Shown here: positions 41,771 through 52,812 of the stretch, in pieces
Numbering within the stretch: position 1 is the first letter of the stretch
Layout: every line of letters starts with the position of its first letter
Assembly: GCA_905618895.1 (NCBI GenBank)
Contig: CAJQTA010000004.1
Location: 1,978 to 65,977 of the forward strand
DNA: 64,000 bases
From: an uncultured Candidatus Pelagibacter sp.
GTDB lineage: Bacteria > Pseudomonadota > Alphaproteobacteria > Pelagibacterales > Pelagibacteraceae
Direction of reading: 5' to 3'
Notes under the pieces: generated by a model
Told to the model about the DNA's origin: nothing
Databases searched by the model: none
Seen by the model: the letters and a program-made list of their open reading frames with translations, nothing else
Program-made: the position numbers and the translations under genes

Positions 41771-42544
41771 TTATATAAATTTAGTCATTTTATTTAAAGG
41801 TTTAAGTATTAAGCCATTATTAACTAAGTTATCTTTAATAGATTTGGCTGTAGCTAATGAACTTTTATTATCACCATGTATACATACAGAATCTATTTCA
41901 CATGATATTTTTTTACCACTCAAGCAATTTAAAAATTGGTTTTTAACCATGTTGAATACATGTTTTTTAGCAACTTCAGGGTCAGTAATAAGTGCATTTG
42001 GTTTGGATCTGGATATTAAGTTGCCATCATCTTCATAATTTCTATCCGCAAATATTTCACATGCAATTTTCATATTTAATCTTTTTGCTGCAACTTCCAT
42101 TTTAGAACCAGTAGGCACAAGATAAATAATATCTTTATCGATCTTGTATATTGTGTTTGCAAGTATATTTGCTAACTCTAAATCTTCACAAGCCATATTA
42201 TTCAAAGCCCCATGAGGTTTGATATGTGTCACTTTTTCATTATGTTTTTGAGCAATAGTTTGAAGTATTTCATATTGTTCAATAATTAATTTTTTAATTT
42301 CAGATGAGCTTAAATTTATTCTTTTTCTACCAAAATTTTCTAAATCATTGAATGAAGGATGAGCGCCAATACTGACGCCATTATCTTTGGAAATCTTTAT
42401 TACCATTTCCATTGTTTCATCGTCACCAGCATGATAACCACATGCAATATTTGCAGAATTTACAATATTTAATAACTCTGGATCATTCTCAATAGAATGA
42501 AACTTAGACTTTTCTCCTAAATCACAATTGATATTAATTTCCAT
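41771..42544 (-). CDS. pxpA: 5-oxoprolinase subunit A (LamB/YcsF)
   Basis: NCDLGE, ANIACGYHAGD, HIKPHGAL, CIHGD. Confidence 0.93.
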   Translation of the reverse strand: MEININCDLGEKSKFHSIENDPELLNIVNSANIACGYHAGDDETMEMVIKISKDNGVSIGAHPSFNDLENFGRKRINLSSSEIKKLIIEQYEILQTIAQKHNEKVTHIKPHGALNNMACEDLELANILANTIYKIDKDIIYLVPTGSKMEVAAKRLNMKIACEIFADRNYEDDGNLISRSKPNALITDPEVAKKHVFNMVKNQFLNCLSGKKISCEIDSVCIHGDNKSSLATAKSIKDNLVNNGLILKPLNKMTKFI

Positions 42545-42571
42545 AGTCTTAAGTCTCTAGTATAACATAGC

Positions 42572-43258
42572 ATGATTAAAAACATATCTAATCTTGGTGA
42601 TGCAGCTATTTACTGTGATTTTGGCTCAGATGTAAATGAGGTTATAAATTCAAATGTCACTGATTATTTTAACCATATAACAGATCTAGTTAAACAAGAA
42701 AAAATTCTAGGAATAACAAATTTAACACCATCATATAACAAATTAATAATTAGTTTTGATTTATCAGTAATAGATTTCTTAAAATTAAAAAAGATAATTG
42801 AAAATTTAGATATTAAAAAACATATTAAAAAAAATAATCAAAAAATTAAAATTCCAGTGTGCTGTGATGATGAGTATGGTTTAGATTTTGAAAGACTGTC
42901 TAATAAATTTAATTTATCCAAAGATGAAATATTAGATTTTTTTTTTGATAAAGAGTATTTTTGCTATATGACTGGTTTTATAGCAGGTATGCCTTTTTTA
43001 GGTGATTTAGATAAAAAAATTAGAATTAATAGATTGGACACACCCAGAGTTAAAGTTCCTGAAGGTTCAGTAGGTATTACAGAACAATTTGCTAATATTT
43101 ACACGTTCGAAAGTCCAGGAGGTTGGAACATTATTGGAAATACACCTAAAAAAGTATTTCATAAATTAAACTTACTAGACCCAGCATTAATTAAGCCTGG
43201 TGATAAAGTTATTTTTTATCAAATATCTAAAGAGGAGTACTTAGAATTTAATGACTAA
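42572..43258 (+). CDS. pxpB: 5-oxoprolinase subunit B
   Basis: GFIAGMPFLG, PRVKVPEGSVGI, SPGGWNIIG. Confidence 0.9.
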   Translation: MIKNISNLGDAAIYCDFGSDVNEVINSNVTDYFNHITDLVKQEKILGITNLTPSYNKLIISFDLSVIDFLKLKKIIENLDIKKHIKKNNQKIKIPVCCDDEYGLDFERLSNKFNLSKDEILDFFFDKEYFCYMTGFIAGMPFLGDLDKKIRINRLDTPRVKVPEGSVGITEQFANIYTFESPGGWNIIGNTPKKVFHKLNLLDPALIKPGDKVIFYQISKEEYLEFND

Positions 43259-44204
43259 TCCTTATTTTGAAATATTAAGACCAGGAATTAATACCACCAT
43301 ACAAGACAGTGGTAGAAATTATTTATATCATATAGGAATTACTGTTAGCGGTGCAATAGATCAAAGAAACTATAAGTTAGCAAATTGCCTTGTTAACAAC
43401 AAACTTAATGAAGCTATAATTGAATTTGCATATCAAGGACCCTTATTGAGGTTGAATAATGGAAATATTAACTTTGCAATAACAGGAGATATATTTTTTA
43501 ATATAATTAAAAATAATTCTGAGGTTGTAGAAGGAAAGTGTTATCAAAATTATATTTTAAAAGAGGGAGAGCAAATAGATATTATTTCAACTAAAAAATC
43601 GGCCTATGGATATTTAGCAATAAGTGGTGGTTTTCAATTAAAAGAAACTTGGAAAAGTTATTCTATAAATACAAAAGCTCAAATAGGTCCAAATAATGGG
43701 AAAAAATATTCTGTAAATGAAAAAATTTTCATTAAAAACTCAATTTTAAAAAATAGTAAAAATAAAAAAATAAATTATAAAAATCCTCTCAATAATATAA
43801 TCAGGGTTTTAAAGGGAACTAATTTTGATTATTTTTCAAAAGAAGCTAAAGATATTTTTTTTAATCAAAGTTACTCAGTAACACGTATGGTCGACAGAAT
43901 GGGAATGAGATTAGAAGGGTCAAATTTAGAAAATATTGTAAATACTAATATAAAATCAGAAGGTCTCATTAGAGGTGTTATTCAAGTTCCTGCTGACGGG
44001 AAACCAATAATTTTACTTTCGGATCATGGAACTATTGGTGGCTACCCAAAGATAGCTGTAGTTATTTCAGCAGATTTAGATAAAGTTGCTCAATTTACGC
44101 CTGGCACAACAATACAGTTTAAAGAAGTAAATCTTGATGAGGCAGAAAAATTATTTAAAGACTATACAATTGAAACAGATAATTATTTAAATGAATGTAG
44201 TTAG
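43251..44204 (+). CDS. pxpC: 5-oxoprolinase subunit C
   Basis: TIQDSGR, DRMGMRL, GVIQVP.DGKPIIL.DH.TIGGYPKIA. Confidence 0.9.
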   Translation: MTNPYFEILRPGINTTIQDSGRNYLYHIGITVSGAIDQRNYKLANCLVNNKLNEAIIEFAYQGPLLRLNNGNINFAITGDIFFNIIKNNSEVVEGKCYQNYILKEGEQIDIISTKKSAYGYLAISGGFQLKETWKSYSINTKAQIGPNNGKKYSVNEKIFIKNSILKNSKNKKINYKNPLNNIIRVLKGTNFDYFSKEAKDIFFNQSYSVTRMVDRMGMRLEGSNLENIVNTNIKSEGLIRGVIQVPADGKPIILLSDHGTIGGYPKIAVVISADLDKVAQFTPGTTIQFKEVNLDEAEKLFKDYTIETDNYLNECS

Positions 44205-45072
44205 AAATCTTCCTGGACCTTTACTTATCTTTATGGGTGCATGCAGCTTAAGTTTTGGTGGCTTAATTGTTAAATCATTTGAAGGATCAACATTGTGGCA
44301 AATATTATTTTGGAGATCTATTTTTTTTTCTCTTACAGTTTTAACTTTTTTGACTATTAGTTATAAAAAAAAATTATTTACTTCATTTTATGAATCTGGT
44401 TTACCAGGTTTTTTCGGAGGTATTATTTTATCAATTGGTTTTTGTGGGTATGTTTTTGCTATGTATAATACAACTGTTGCAAATACTAATTTTATAATCT
44501 CTACTCAGGTACTGTTTTTAGCAATTTTTGGATATTTTTTTTTAAAAGAAAAAATTTCAGCTATCACATTGGTTTCAATTATTTTAGCAATTTCAGGAGT
44601 TTTTTTAATGATAGGCAATTCACTGTCACCTGGAGAAATGTCAGGAAATATAGCTGCATTCAGTATGCCAATTACATTTGCAATCTTAATAATTTTAGTA
44701 AGAAAGTTTCCTAAAGTAGATATGGTACCGGCGCAGTTTGTAGCAGGAATTAGCTGCTGTATAATTGGTTTTTTACTTTCTGAAAAAATTATGATTTCAC
44801 CACACGATATTTTTTTAGGATTTGTTGCTGGTTTTTTTCAAGTTGGTTTTGGTTTTATATTTATAACTATAGGCGCACGCACTACTCCGTCAGCTATGGT
44901 TGGTATAATAATGTTATCAGAATCTATTTTAGGTCCCTTGTGGGCATTTTTGTTTGTTGCTGAAAGACCATCATTTTTTACTTTAATTGGAGGTGCAATT
45001 ATCCTTTTTTCAGTATTACTTCAATTTTATTTCTTATTTTATTCAAACAAAAAAGAAAAAGTTATTAATTGA
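44191..45072 (+). CDS. DMT/EamA family transporter
   Basis: About 10 TM helices, two EamA-like halves. Confidence 0.85.
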   Translation: MNVVRNLPGPLLIFMGACSLSFGGLIVKSFEGSTLWQILFWRSIFFSLTVLTFLTISYKKKLFTSFYESGLPGFFGGIILSIGFCGYVFAMYNTTVANTNFIISTQVLFLAIFGYFFLKEKISAITLVSIILAISGVFLMIGNSLSPGEMSGNIAAFSMPITFAILIILVRKFPKVDMVPAQFVAGISCCIIGFLLSEKIMISPHDIFLGFVAGFFQVGFGFIFITIGARTTPSAMVGIIMLSESILGPLWAFLFVAERPSFFTLIGGAIILFSVLLQFYFLFYSNKKEKVIN

Positions 45073-45103
45073 CTTTTCCTGTAACCTAATAGAATATTCT
45101 TTC

Positions 45104-45243
45104 ACGGGAGAGACTGCAGAATATTGTAGCGCCGAAGGAGCAACCACCCAGGAATCTCTCAGGCAAAAGGACCGTAACATATTAACTCTGGAAAGAGATT
45201 AAGTTCTCGCCGACGGAATAAAACTCTCAGGCAAACATACAGA
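45104..45243 (+). ncRNA. Tandem glycine riboswitch
   Basis: Aptamer 1 GGAGAGA...CCGAAGGAGCAA...CTCTCAGGCAAAAGGAC; aptamer 2 TCTGGAAAGA...CCGACGG...CTCTCAGGCAAA; directly upstream of gcvT. Confidence 0.95.
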
Positions 45244-45261
45244 TGGGTACAGAGAGTTAAT

Positions 45262-46368
45262 ATGGATAATAAAATAACAGCACTAAATTCATTACACAAA
45301 AAATATGGAGCAAAATTAGTTTCATTTGCAGGTTATGAAATGCCTATTCAATATTCAAAGGGCATTATTGAAGAACACAAAAGTACAAGAGAGAATGCAG
45401 GTATTTTTGATGTGTCTCATATGGGACAGCTATTTATTAAAGGCGCTAGCTCATTAGCAGAAGACCTTGAAAAAATTTTTCCAGTTGAATTAAAGAGTTG
45501 CAAACTAAACCAGTCAAAATACAGCTTTCTAATGAATGATGAGGCAGGCATTCATGACGATTTAATCATTACAAAAGTAGTTGATGGGTTTAATATTGTA
45601 TTAAATGCTGCATGCAAACATTCAGACTTTAAACTTTTGAAAGAATTACTGGGTGACAAGTATGAAATGAATTTAAGTGAAGAATTGTCACTTATAGCCA
45701 TCCAGGGCCCTAAAGCAGTAAAGATATTAGAAAAAATAATTTATGGTGTATCTGAATTAAAGTTTATGAATGGTAATAGTTTTAATTACCTAGATGAGAG
45801 CATCTATATTACTAGATCAGGTTATACAGGTGAAGACGGTTTTGAAATATCAATGAAGAATAAACACGCAGAATTATTTACAGAAAAACTTATTAACGAA
45901 GGGGCAAATTTAATTGGTCTAGGAGCAAGAGATACTTTGAGATTAGAAGCAGGACTTTGCTTGTATGGGCATGATATGGATATTAACAAAAGTCCTATAG
46001 AAGCGAGTTTAAAATGGGCAATATCTAAAAATAGAATTATTTCAGGTGGCTTTATAGGTTTCGAAAAAATTAAATCTCAAATAGAAAATGGTATTAGCAA
46101 AGTTAGAGTTGGTATTAAACCCGAAGGAAGAATTATAGCGAGAGAAAACACAGTGATATTTAGTGAAGATAATAAAAATATTGGTAAAATTACAAGTGGA
46201 ACTTTTGGACCAAGTATTCAAGTGCCAATAGCCATGGGATATATAGAAAATTCATTTTCTAAAATAGATACAAAAATTTTTTTAGAAGTAAGGGGAAAAA
46301 AATATCCGGCAAGTGTAAGTAATTTGCCATTTTATAAAAAAAGTTATGTGAAAGGAGTCAACAAATGA
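45262..46368 (+). CDS. gcvT: Glycine cleavage aminomethyltransferase T
   Basis: [31 protein letters not shown]. Confidence 0.97.
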   Translation: MDNKITALNSLHKKYGAKLVSFAGYEMPIQYSKGIIEEHKSTRENAGIFDVSHMGQLFIKGASSLAEDLEKIFPVELKSCKLNQSKYSFLMNDEAGIHDDLIITKVVDGFNIVLNAACKHSDFKLLKELLGDKYEMNLSEELSLIAIQGPKAVKILEKIIYGVSELKFMNGNSFNYLDESIYITRSGYTGEDGFEISMKNKHAELFTEKLINEGANLIGLGARDTLRLEAGLCLYGHDMDINKSPIEASLKWAISKNRIISGGFIGFEKIKSQIENGISKVRVGIKPEGRIIARENTVIFSEDNKNIGKITSGTFGPSIQVPIAMGYIENSFSKIDTKIFLEVRGKKYPASVSNLPFYKKSYVKGVNK

Positions 46369-46745
46369 GTGAAGTAAAGTTTTCTAAAGAACATGAATGG
46401 ATTAAATTAGATGGGGATACAGCTACTATAGGAATTACACAGCATGCAACAGAAATGTTAGGAGATATTGTTTTTGTAGAATTGCCAGAGATAGGATCAT
46501 CTGTTGCTAAAGATGGTAATGCTGGAGTTGTAGAGTCCACAAAAGCTGCAAGTGATATTTATACACCTGTATCAGGAGAAATTATTGAAAATAACCAATC
46601 TATAGTTGATGATCCTGCAAAAGTTAATTCTGATCCAGAGAATGAAGCTTGGTTTTTTAAACTAAAAATTACTAATAAATCTGAAATGGATTCATTGATG
46701 AACAAGGAAGAATATGAAAAATTTTCAAAAGAAAGTGGTAATTAA
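46365..46745 (+). CDS. gcvH: Glycine cleavage H protein
   Basis: [22 protein letters not shown] lipoyl-lysine motif. Confidence 0.97.
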   Translation: MSEVKFSKEHEWIKLDGDTATIGITQHATEMLGDIVFVELPEIGSSVAKDGNAGVVESTKAASDIYTPVSGEIIENNQSIVDDPAKVNSDPENEAWFFKLKITNKSEMDSLMNKEEYEKFSKESGN

Positions 46746-49604
46746 ATGTTAAAAAATGCTCAAAAAGATTTTATACAAAGACATATAGGTCCATCGGAGG
46801 CAGAACAAGATATTATGCTTAAAGAGCTGGGTTATAAAAGCTTAGATGAGTTAATAAAAGATACTGTACCAGAAAAAATTCTTCTCAAAGATGATTTGGA
46901 TATTGGCGATCCAAACTCTGAATATAAAGCCCTTAGAAAATTAAAAAATATTGCAAAAAAAAATAAAGTTTATTCAAGCTTTATAGGAATGGGTTATTAC
47001 GGAACTTATACCCCATATGTAATACTTAGAAATATATTGGAGAACCCAGGATGGTATACCTCTTATACTCCATACCAGCCCGAAGTGGCACAAGGTAGAC
47101 TTGAGATGTTACTCAACTTTCAACAAATGATTATAGATTTTACTGGAATGGATATTGCTAATGCATCGCTTCTAGATGAAGGAACAGCAGCAGCAGAAGC
47201 TATGGGCTTAAGCTATAGAATATCTAAATCTGAGACTAAAAAGGTTTTTGTTTCAAAAAATTGCCACCCACAAACTATTGATGTTATCAGAACAAGAGCA
47301 GAACCATTAGGTTTAGAAATAATAGTGGGAGATGAAGATAAAGATATTAAAGAAGATATTATATGTGGGATTATTCAATATCCAGGTACATTAGGAGAAA
47401 TCAAGGACCCCAGTGAAGCTATTAGCAAAATACACAAACATAACGGAAAGGCAGTTTTAGTATGTGATTTACTAGCTCTTGCTATGCTAAAAACACCATC
47501 AGAATTAGGTGCTGATATAGCAGTTGGTAGTTCTCAACGTTTTGGAATTCCAATGGGTTATGGAGGTCCCCATGCAGCTTTTTTTGCAACTAAAGATGAA
47601 TATAAAAGATCAATGCCAGGCAGAATAGTTGGAGTGTCAGTAGATAGACATGGTAAAAAAGCTTATAGACTTGCTCTTCAAACAAGGGAGCAACATATAA
47701 GAAGAGATAAAGCTACAAGTAATATTTGTACAGCACAAGCATTATTGGCAATAGTCTCTGCTGCATTTGCTGTCTACCATGGACCACAAGGTATTAAAAA
47801 AATTGCTAAAAGTGTTTCTCAATTAACAAAAAATTTTGCAGATAAATTAAAACAGTCTGGTTATGAACTATATTCAGATCATTTTTTTGATACCGTAACA
47901 GTGAAAACATTAGATAAAACTGATAAGATTTATAAAAATGCTCTAGATCAAGGTGTAAACATTAGAAAAGTAAATTCTGAAATGTTATCAGTTTCTTTTG
48001 ATGAAAGAAAAAATATTTATAGAGCAAATCAATTATTAAAAATTTTTAATTGTTCGGAAACAATTAAAGAATCTATGAATGAGAGTTTGTCAAATATTCC
48101 AAAAAATCTATTAAGAACCTCAACATATTTAGATCATCCAGTTTTTAATAGTTATCATTCAGAAACTGAAATGCTTCGTTATCTAAAAAAATTAGAAGAC
48201 TCAGATATTGCATTAAACAAATCTATGATTGCTTTGGGATCATGTACTATGAAGCTTAACGCCGTTTCAGAAATGATACCAGTTACTTGGAAAGAGTTTT
48301 CTCAGCCACACCCTTTTTCTCCTGTAGAACAAATGGATGGTTATAGAGAACTGTTCACTGATTTAAAAAACTGGTTAAGATCAATTACAGGTTTTTCTGG
48401 CGTGTCATTACAACCAAATGCTGGAGCACAAGGTGAGTTTGCTGGTTTAATGGTAATACGTAAATTTCATGAAAAAAATGGTGAAACAAATCGTAATGTT
48501 TGTTTAATTCCAAGTTCTGCACATGGTACAAACCCAGCAAGTGCTCAAATGGTTGGTATGAAAGTAGTTGTTGTGAAGTGTGATCAACATGGAAACGTAG
48601 ACTACGAAGATTTAAAGACAAAAGCTAAAGAACACTCAGAAAATTTAGCTGCACTTATGGTTACTTACCCATCAACACACGGCGTATTTGAAGAAAAAAT
48701 AACTGATATATGTGATTTAATTCACAATCATGGTGGACAAGTTTACATGGATGGAGCAAATTTAAATGCATTGGTAGGAATTGCAAAACCTGGAAATTTT
48801 GGCCCAGATGTTTGTCATATAAATTTACATAAGACATTTTGCATACCACATGGAGGAGGTGGACCCGGTATGGGACCAATAGCCTGTAAAAAACATTTAG
48901 AAATATTTTTACCAAAGCATTCAGTGATCAAAGATTGTGGACCGGTAACAGGAATGGGAGCTGTATCCGCAGCACCCTGGGGAAGCTCAAGTATTTTGTC
49001 AATTTCATGGATGTATATAAAAATGATGGGTTCTGAAGGCTTAAGAAAAGCCTCACAAGTTGCAATATTAAATGCAAATTATATTGCTCATAAACTCAAA
49101 GATTCATTTCCTATTTTATATAAAGGAAAAACTGGCAATGTAGCTCATGAATGTATTATCGATATTAGATCAATAAAAAGTGATACGGGAATAACAGAAG
49201 AAGATATTGCAAAACGATTAATTGATTTTGGCTATCATGCTCCAACAATGTCTTGGCCAGTTGCAGGTACCATGATGATTGAGCCCACGGAGAGTGAAAG
49301 TTTAAATGAAATTGATAAATTCTGCTCTACACTTCAAAAAATAAAACAGGAAATTGATAAAATCAAATCAGGTGAATATGATAAAATTGATAATCCATTG
49401 AAGAATGCGCCACATACTCACGTTGAACTAACCTCAAATAAGTGGGATCATAAGTATGAAAGAGAAGAGGCCGCTTATCCATCTGAGTTTTTAAGATCAA
49501 ATAAATATTGGCCTCCAGTTGCTAGAGTAGATAATGTTTATGGAGATAAAAACTTATTTTGTACATGTCCATCAATGGAAGAGTATGAAGACACAGCGGC
49601 TTAA
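46746..49604 (+). CDS. gcvP: Glycine dehydrogenase (decarboxylating)
   Basis: YTPYQPEVAQGRLE, LGSCTMK, NLHKTFCIPHGGGGPG. Confidence 0.98.
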   Translation: MLKNAQKDFIQRHIGPSEAEQDIMLKELGYKSLDELIKDTVPEKILLKDDLDIGDPNSEYKALRKLKNIAKKNKVYSSFIGMGYYGTYTPYVILRNILENPGWYTSYTPYQPEVAQGRLEMLLNFQQMIIDFTGMDIANASLLDEGTAAAEAMGLSYRISKSETKKVFVSKNCHPQTIDVIRTRAEPLGLEIIVGDEDKDIKEDIICGIIQYPGTLGEIKDPSEAISKIHKHNGKAVLVCDLLALAMLKTPSELGADIAVGSSQRFGIPMGYGGPHAAFFATKDEYKRSMPGRIVGVSVDRHGKKAYRLALQTREQHIRRDKATSNICTAQALLAIVSAAFAVYHGPQGIKKIAKSVSQLTKNFADKLKQSGYELYSDHFFDTVTVKTLDKTDKIYKNALDQGVNIRKVNSEMLSVSFDERKNIYRANQLLKIFNCSETIKESMNESLSNIPKNLLRTSTYLDHPVFNSYHSETEMLRYLKKLEDSDIALNKSMIALGSCTMKLNAVSEMIPVTWKEFSQPHPFSPVEQMDGYRELFTDLKNWLRSITGFSGVSLQPNAGAQGEFAGLMVIRKFHEKNGETNRNVCLIPSSAHGTNPASAQMVGMKVVVVKCDQHGNVDYEDLKTKAKEHSENLAALMVTYPSTHGVFEEKITDICDLIHNHGGQVYMDGANLNALVGIAKPGNFGPDVCHINLHKTFCIPHGGGGPGMGPIACKKHLEIFLPKHSVIKDCGPVTGMGAVSAAPWGSSSILSISWMYIKMMGSEGLRKASQVAILNANYIAHKLKDSFPILYKGKTGNVAHECIIDIRSIKSDTGITEEDIAKRLIDFGYHAPTMSWPVAGTMMIEPTESESLNEIDKFCSTLQKIKQEIDKIKSGEYDKIDNPLKNAPHTHVELTSNKWDHKYEREEAAYPSEFLRSNKYWPPVARVDNVYGDKNLFCTCPSMEEYEDTAA

Positions 49605-49616
49605 AGATTTATCAAG

Positions 49617-50861
49617 ATGAAAATTGCTGTAGTTGGTGCTGGCATATCTGGATTAAGTGCAGCTTACTATTTATCCAAAAAACATAAAGTTGATTTATTT
49701 GAAAAAGAAAATCAATTTGGCGGTCACGCAAATACAATAAAAGTAGCTTATGAACATAATAAAGAAATTGCTGTAGATATTGGATTTATGGTTTTTAATA
49801 AAAATACTTATCCAAACTTAATTAATTTTTTTTTAGAAAACAAAATAGAAATTGAGAAAAGTGACATGTCATTTTCAGTATCTGTAAAAGGCAGTGATCT
49901 AGAATATTGTGGTAAAGGTTTAGAGGGGATATTTTCAAATAAAAAAAACTTATTAAATTTAAAGTTTATTAAAATGTTTTTTGAAATTATTAGTTTTTAT
50001 AAAAACTGTGAAAAAATAGAAACAGAAAATATTAAATCAACAACATTAGGGGAATATTTAAAAGAAATAAAAATATCAGATTATTTTATTAATTATCATA
50101 TTATTCCAATGGTATCAGCAATTTGGTCAATGCCACCTTATGAGGCAACACAAATGCCATTATCATTTTTTTTAAATTTTTTTAAAAATCATGGTCTATT
50201 TAAAATAAAAAATAGACCTCAATGGTTTACGGTTGCAAATAGAAGCAAAACTTATGTAGATAAAATAATAAGTCAAATTAGTGGAGAACATTTCAAAAAT
50301 TACAATATAAATAAAATTGTTAGAAATGGATTTGGAGCTAAAATTTTTTATGGTGAAGAAAATGAGTTTTTTGAATATGATAAAGTTGTAATTGCAACAC
50401 ATGCAGACGAAGCTTTAAAGATAATTGACAATCCAACGATAGATGAAGAGCTAATATTAAAAAATTTTAAATATAGAGGAAATACAGCTGTTATTCATTT
50501 TGATGAAAGTATAATGCCTAAAAATAAGAATGCCTGGTGTTCTTGGAATTCAGCAATGAGTGCAGATAATATTGAAAAAACATCAGTGACATATTGGTTA
50601 AATCATTTACAGAATTTAAAAATAAGCAGAAATATTTTTTTGACCATAAATCCTTTTAGAGAAATACCTGTTGATAAAATATTTAAAAAAGTTACGTTTA
50701 CTCATCCTTATTACAATACAGAAGCATTATCTAATCAAAGTAATCTAAGTAGAATTCAAAACAAAAAAAATATTTTATTTTGTGGGAGTTATTTTGGTTA
50801 TGGTTTTCATGAGGATGGAATAAAGTCTTCCATTCAAATGTTAAAAACACTTAATGATTAA
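49617..50861 (+). CDS. FAD-dependent oxidoreductase (UfaD-like fatty-acyl desaturase)
   Basis: GAGISGL, VDIGFMVFN..TYPN, GYGFHEDG; first gene of a DUF1365/cfa cluster. Confidence 0.82.
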   Translation: MKIAVVGAGISGLSAAYYLSKKHKVDLFEKENQFGGHANTIKVAYEHNKEIAVDIGFMVFNKNTYPNLINFFLENKIEIEKSDMSFSVSVKGSDLEYCGKGLEGIFSNKKNLLNLKFIKMFFEIISFYKNCEKIETENIKSTTLGEYLKEIKISDYFINYHIIPMVSAIWSMPPYEATQMPLSFFLNFFKNHGLFKIKNRPQWFTVANRSKTYVDKIISQISGEHFKNYNINKIVRNGFGAKIFYGEENEFFEYDKVVIATHADEALKIIDNPTIDEELILKNFKYRGNTAVIHFDESIMPKNKNAWCSWNSAMSADNIEKTSVTYWLNHLQNLKISRNIFLTINPFREIPVDKIFKKVTFTHPYYNTEALSNQSNLSRIQNKKNILFCGSYFGYGFHEDGIKSSIQMLKTLND

Positions 50862-51621
50862 AAATTCTTATATTTACACAGGTACCGTAATTCACAAAAG
50901 GTTTAAGCCGAAAACAAACACTTTCAATTATAAAGTATTCTCATTACTTATAGACTTATCAGAAATAAATTTATTACATAAAACGCTGAGGTTATTTTCT
51001 TACAATAAATTTAATATCATTAGCTTTTTTAATAAAGATCATGGACCAAGAGATGGAAGCTCTCTTAAAAATTGGGTTCTAGATAATTTGAAAAAAAACA
51101 ATATTGAAAGTGACGATGTCAAAATTAAACTTTTATGCTACCCAAGAATATTTGGATATGTGTTTAATCCATTAAGCGTTTTCTACATATATGATAAAAA
51201 TTCTGACTTAATAGCCATATTGTACGAAGTTAAGAATACATTTGGAGAACAACACTCTTATATTTTCAAAACTAAAAAACAACAAAATTTAATACAGCAT
51301 GTATGTAAGAAAAAATTTCACGTATCACCATTTATTGAAATGAATTGTATTTATTTTTTTAGATTATTAAAACCAGGTAATAAGATTTCTGTCATTATTG
51401 ATGTACAAGACTCGGAAGGTAAAATTCTCTATGCATCACAAGATGGGGTTAAAAGTGAATTAAATAATAATAATCTGTTCAAATCTTATTTAAAACATCC
51501 ATTAATGACATTTAAAATCATTATAGCGATACATTTTGAGGCATTTAAATTATGGACAAAAGGAATTAATTTCATAAAAAAAAAATTAAGAATTAAGAAT
51601 AATATAACTATAGAAAATTAA
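50854..51621 (+). CDS. DUF1365 family protein (UfaO-like)
   Basis: PRIFGYVFNPLS, EVKNTFGE, K.FHVSPF, IHFEA.KLW. Confidence 0.88.
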   Translation: MIKNSYIYTGTVIHKRFKPKTNTFNYKVFSLLIDLSEINLLHKTLRLFSYNKFNIISFFNKDHGPRDGSSLKNWVLDNLKKNNIESDDVKIKLLCYPRIFGYVFNPLSVFYIYDKNSDLIAILYEVKNTFGEQHSYIFKTKKQQNLIQHVCKKKFHVSPFIEMNCIYFFRLLKPGNKISVIIDVQDSEGKILYASQDGVKSELNNNNLFKSYLKHPLMTFKIIIAIHFEAFKLWTKGINFIKKKLRIKNNITIEN

Positions 51622-52799
51622 TGTTAATTTATAAAATTTCAGATTTAATTGTATTTAATGTATTAAAAAATATAAAACATGGTTTTCTTGAAATTAAAAA
51701 AGTAGATGGAGAAGTCTTAAAATTTGGCAATCCAGATGATAATTTAAAAGTTTTTTTAGAAATTAAAGATGAAAGTCTTAATTATAATTTGATTAAAAGC
51801 GGAAGTGTTGGTTTAGGAGAATCTTACATGAAAAATCTTTTCACAACAAATAATCTTTCTGACTTAATTGAATTAACGGCGAAAAATATAAAAACTATTT
51901 ATAAATTTTCAGGTATTTTTGATTTACCTTTCATTAACTTTATAAAAAATAAGATTATAAAAAATACAAAAAGTAGAAGTAAGAAAAATATAGCTAAACA
52001 TTATGATTTAGGAAATGATTTTTTTTCTTTATGGCTTGATAAAACTCTGACCTATTCCAGTGCTATATTTGAGAACCCTAAACAAGATCTTTTCAATGCT
52101 CAGAACAATAAATACCAAAAATTAATTGATCTTTTAAAACCAACAAATGGAAGTAAAATTTTAGAAATTGGCTGTGGTTGGGGTGGTTTTGCCGAGTATT
52201 TAGGCACTAATTATGATGTTAAATTAGATTGTATCACTATTTCAAAAAGACAATTCGAGTTTGCAAAAGAAAGAATTTATAAATGTGGACTTAATGAAAA
52301 AGTAAACATTGAAATAAAAGATTACAGGGATCTAAAGAGTAAATATGATCATATAGCATCTATAGAAATGATAGAGGCGGTAGGACAAAACTATCTAGAT
52401 AGTTATTTTAGCACAATCAAAAATAATTTAACACCATCAGGCACAGTGGGCATTCAAGCTATAACTATCGATGATAGTTTGTTTGATCGATATAAAAACA
52501 AGCAAGACTTTATCCAAAAATATATTTTTCCTGGTGGCTTTTTACCTTCTAAAAATGTATTAAAAAATTATGTTGATACTAATGGCTTAAAGTTTAATGA
52601 ATATAATTCATATGCAGAACATTACTCCGATACTTTAATCATTTGGAGAGAGATATTTAATAAAAAGTGGGGCTTAATTAAAGAACAAGGTTTTGATTTA
52701 ACATTTAAAAGAATGTGGGAATTTTATCTTTCATATTGTGAGGCTGGTTTTAAATCAAAAAATATAGATCTAATTCAATTTTCATTACAAAATAAATAA
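51621..52799 (+). CDS. cfa: Cyclopropane-fatty-acyl synthase family SAM methyltransferase (UfaM-like)
   Basis: HYDLGNDFF, LEIGCGWG, SIEMIEAVG, YIFPGG, YCEAGF. Confidence 0.88.
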   Translation: MLIYKISDLIVFNVLKNIKHGFLEIKKVDGEVLKFGNPDDNLKVFLEIKDESLNYNLIKSGSVGLGESYMKNLFTTNNLSDLIELTAKNIKTIYKFSGIFDLPFINFIKNKIIKNTKSRSKKNIAKHYDLGNDFFSLWLDKTLTYSSAIFENPKQDLFNAQNNKYQKLIDLLKPTNGSKILEIGCGWGGFAEYLGTNYDVKLDCITISKRQFEFAKERIYKCGLNEKVNIEIKDYRDLKSKYDHIASIEMIEAVGQNYLDSYFSTIKNNLTPSGTVGIQAITIDDSLFDRYKNKQDFIQKYIFPGGFLPSKNVLKNYVDTNGLKFNEYNSYAEHYSDTLIIWREIFNKKWGLIKEQGFDLTFKRMWEFYLSYCEAGFKSKNIDLIQFSLQNK

Positions 52800-52812
52800 C
52801 AACAGGAGAGAT

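Noticed and set aside
44987-45202. 71-aa ORF
   Set aside because: Overlaps the DMT gene end and the glycine riboswitch; no protein-like features.
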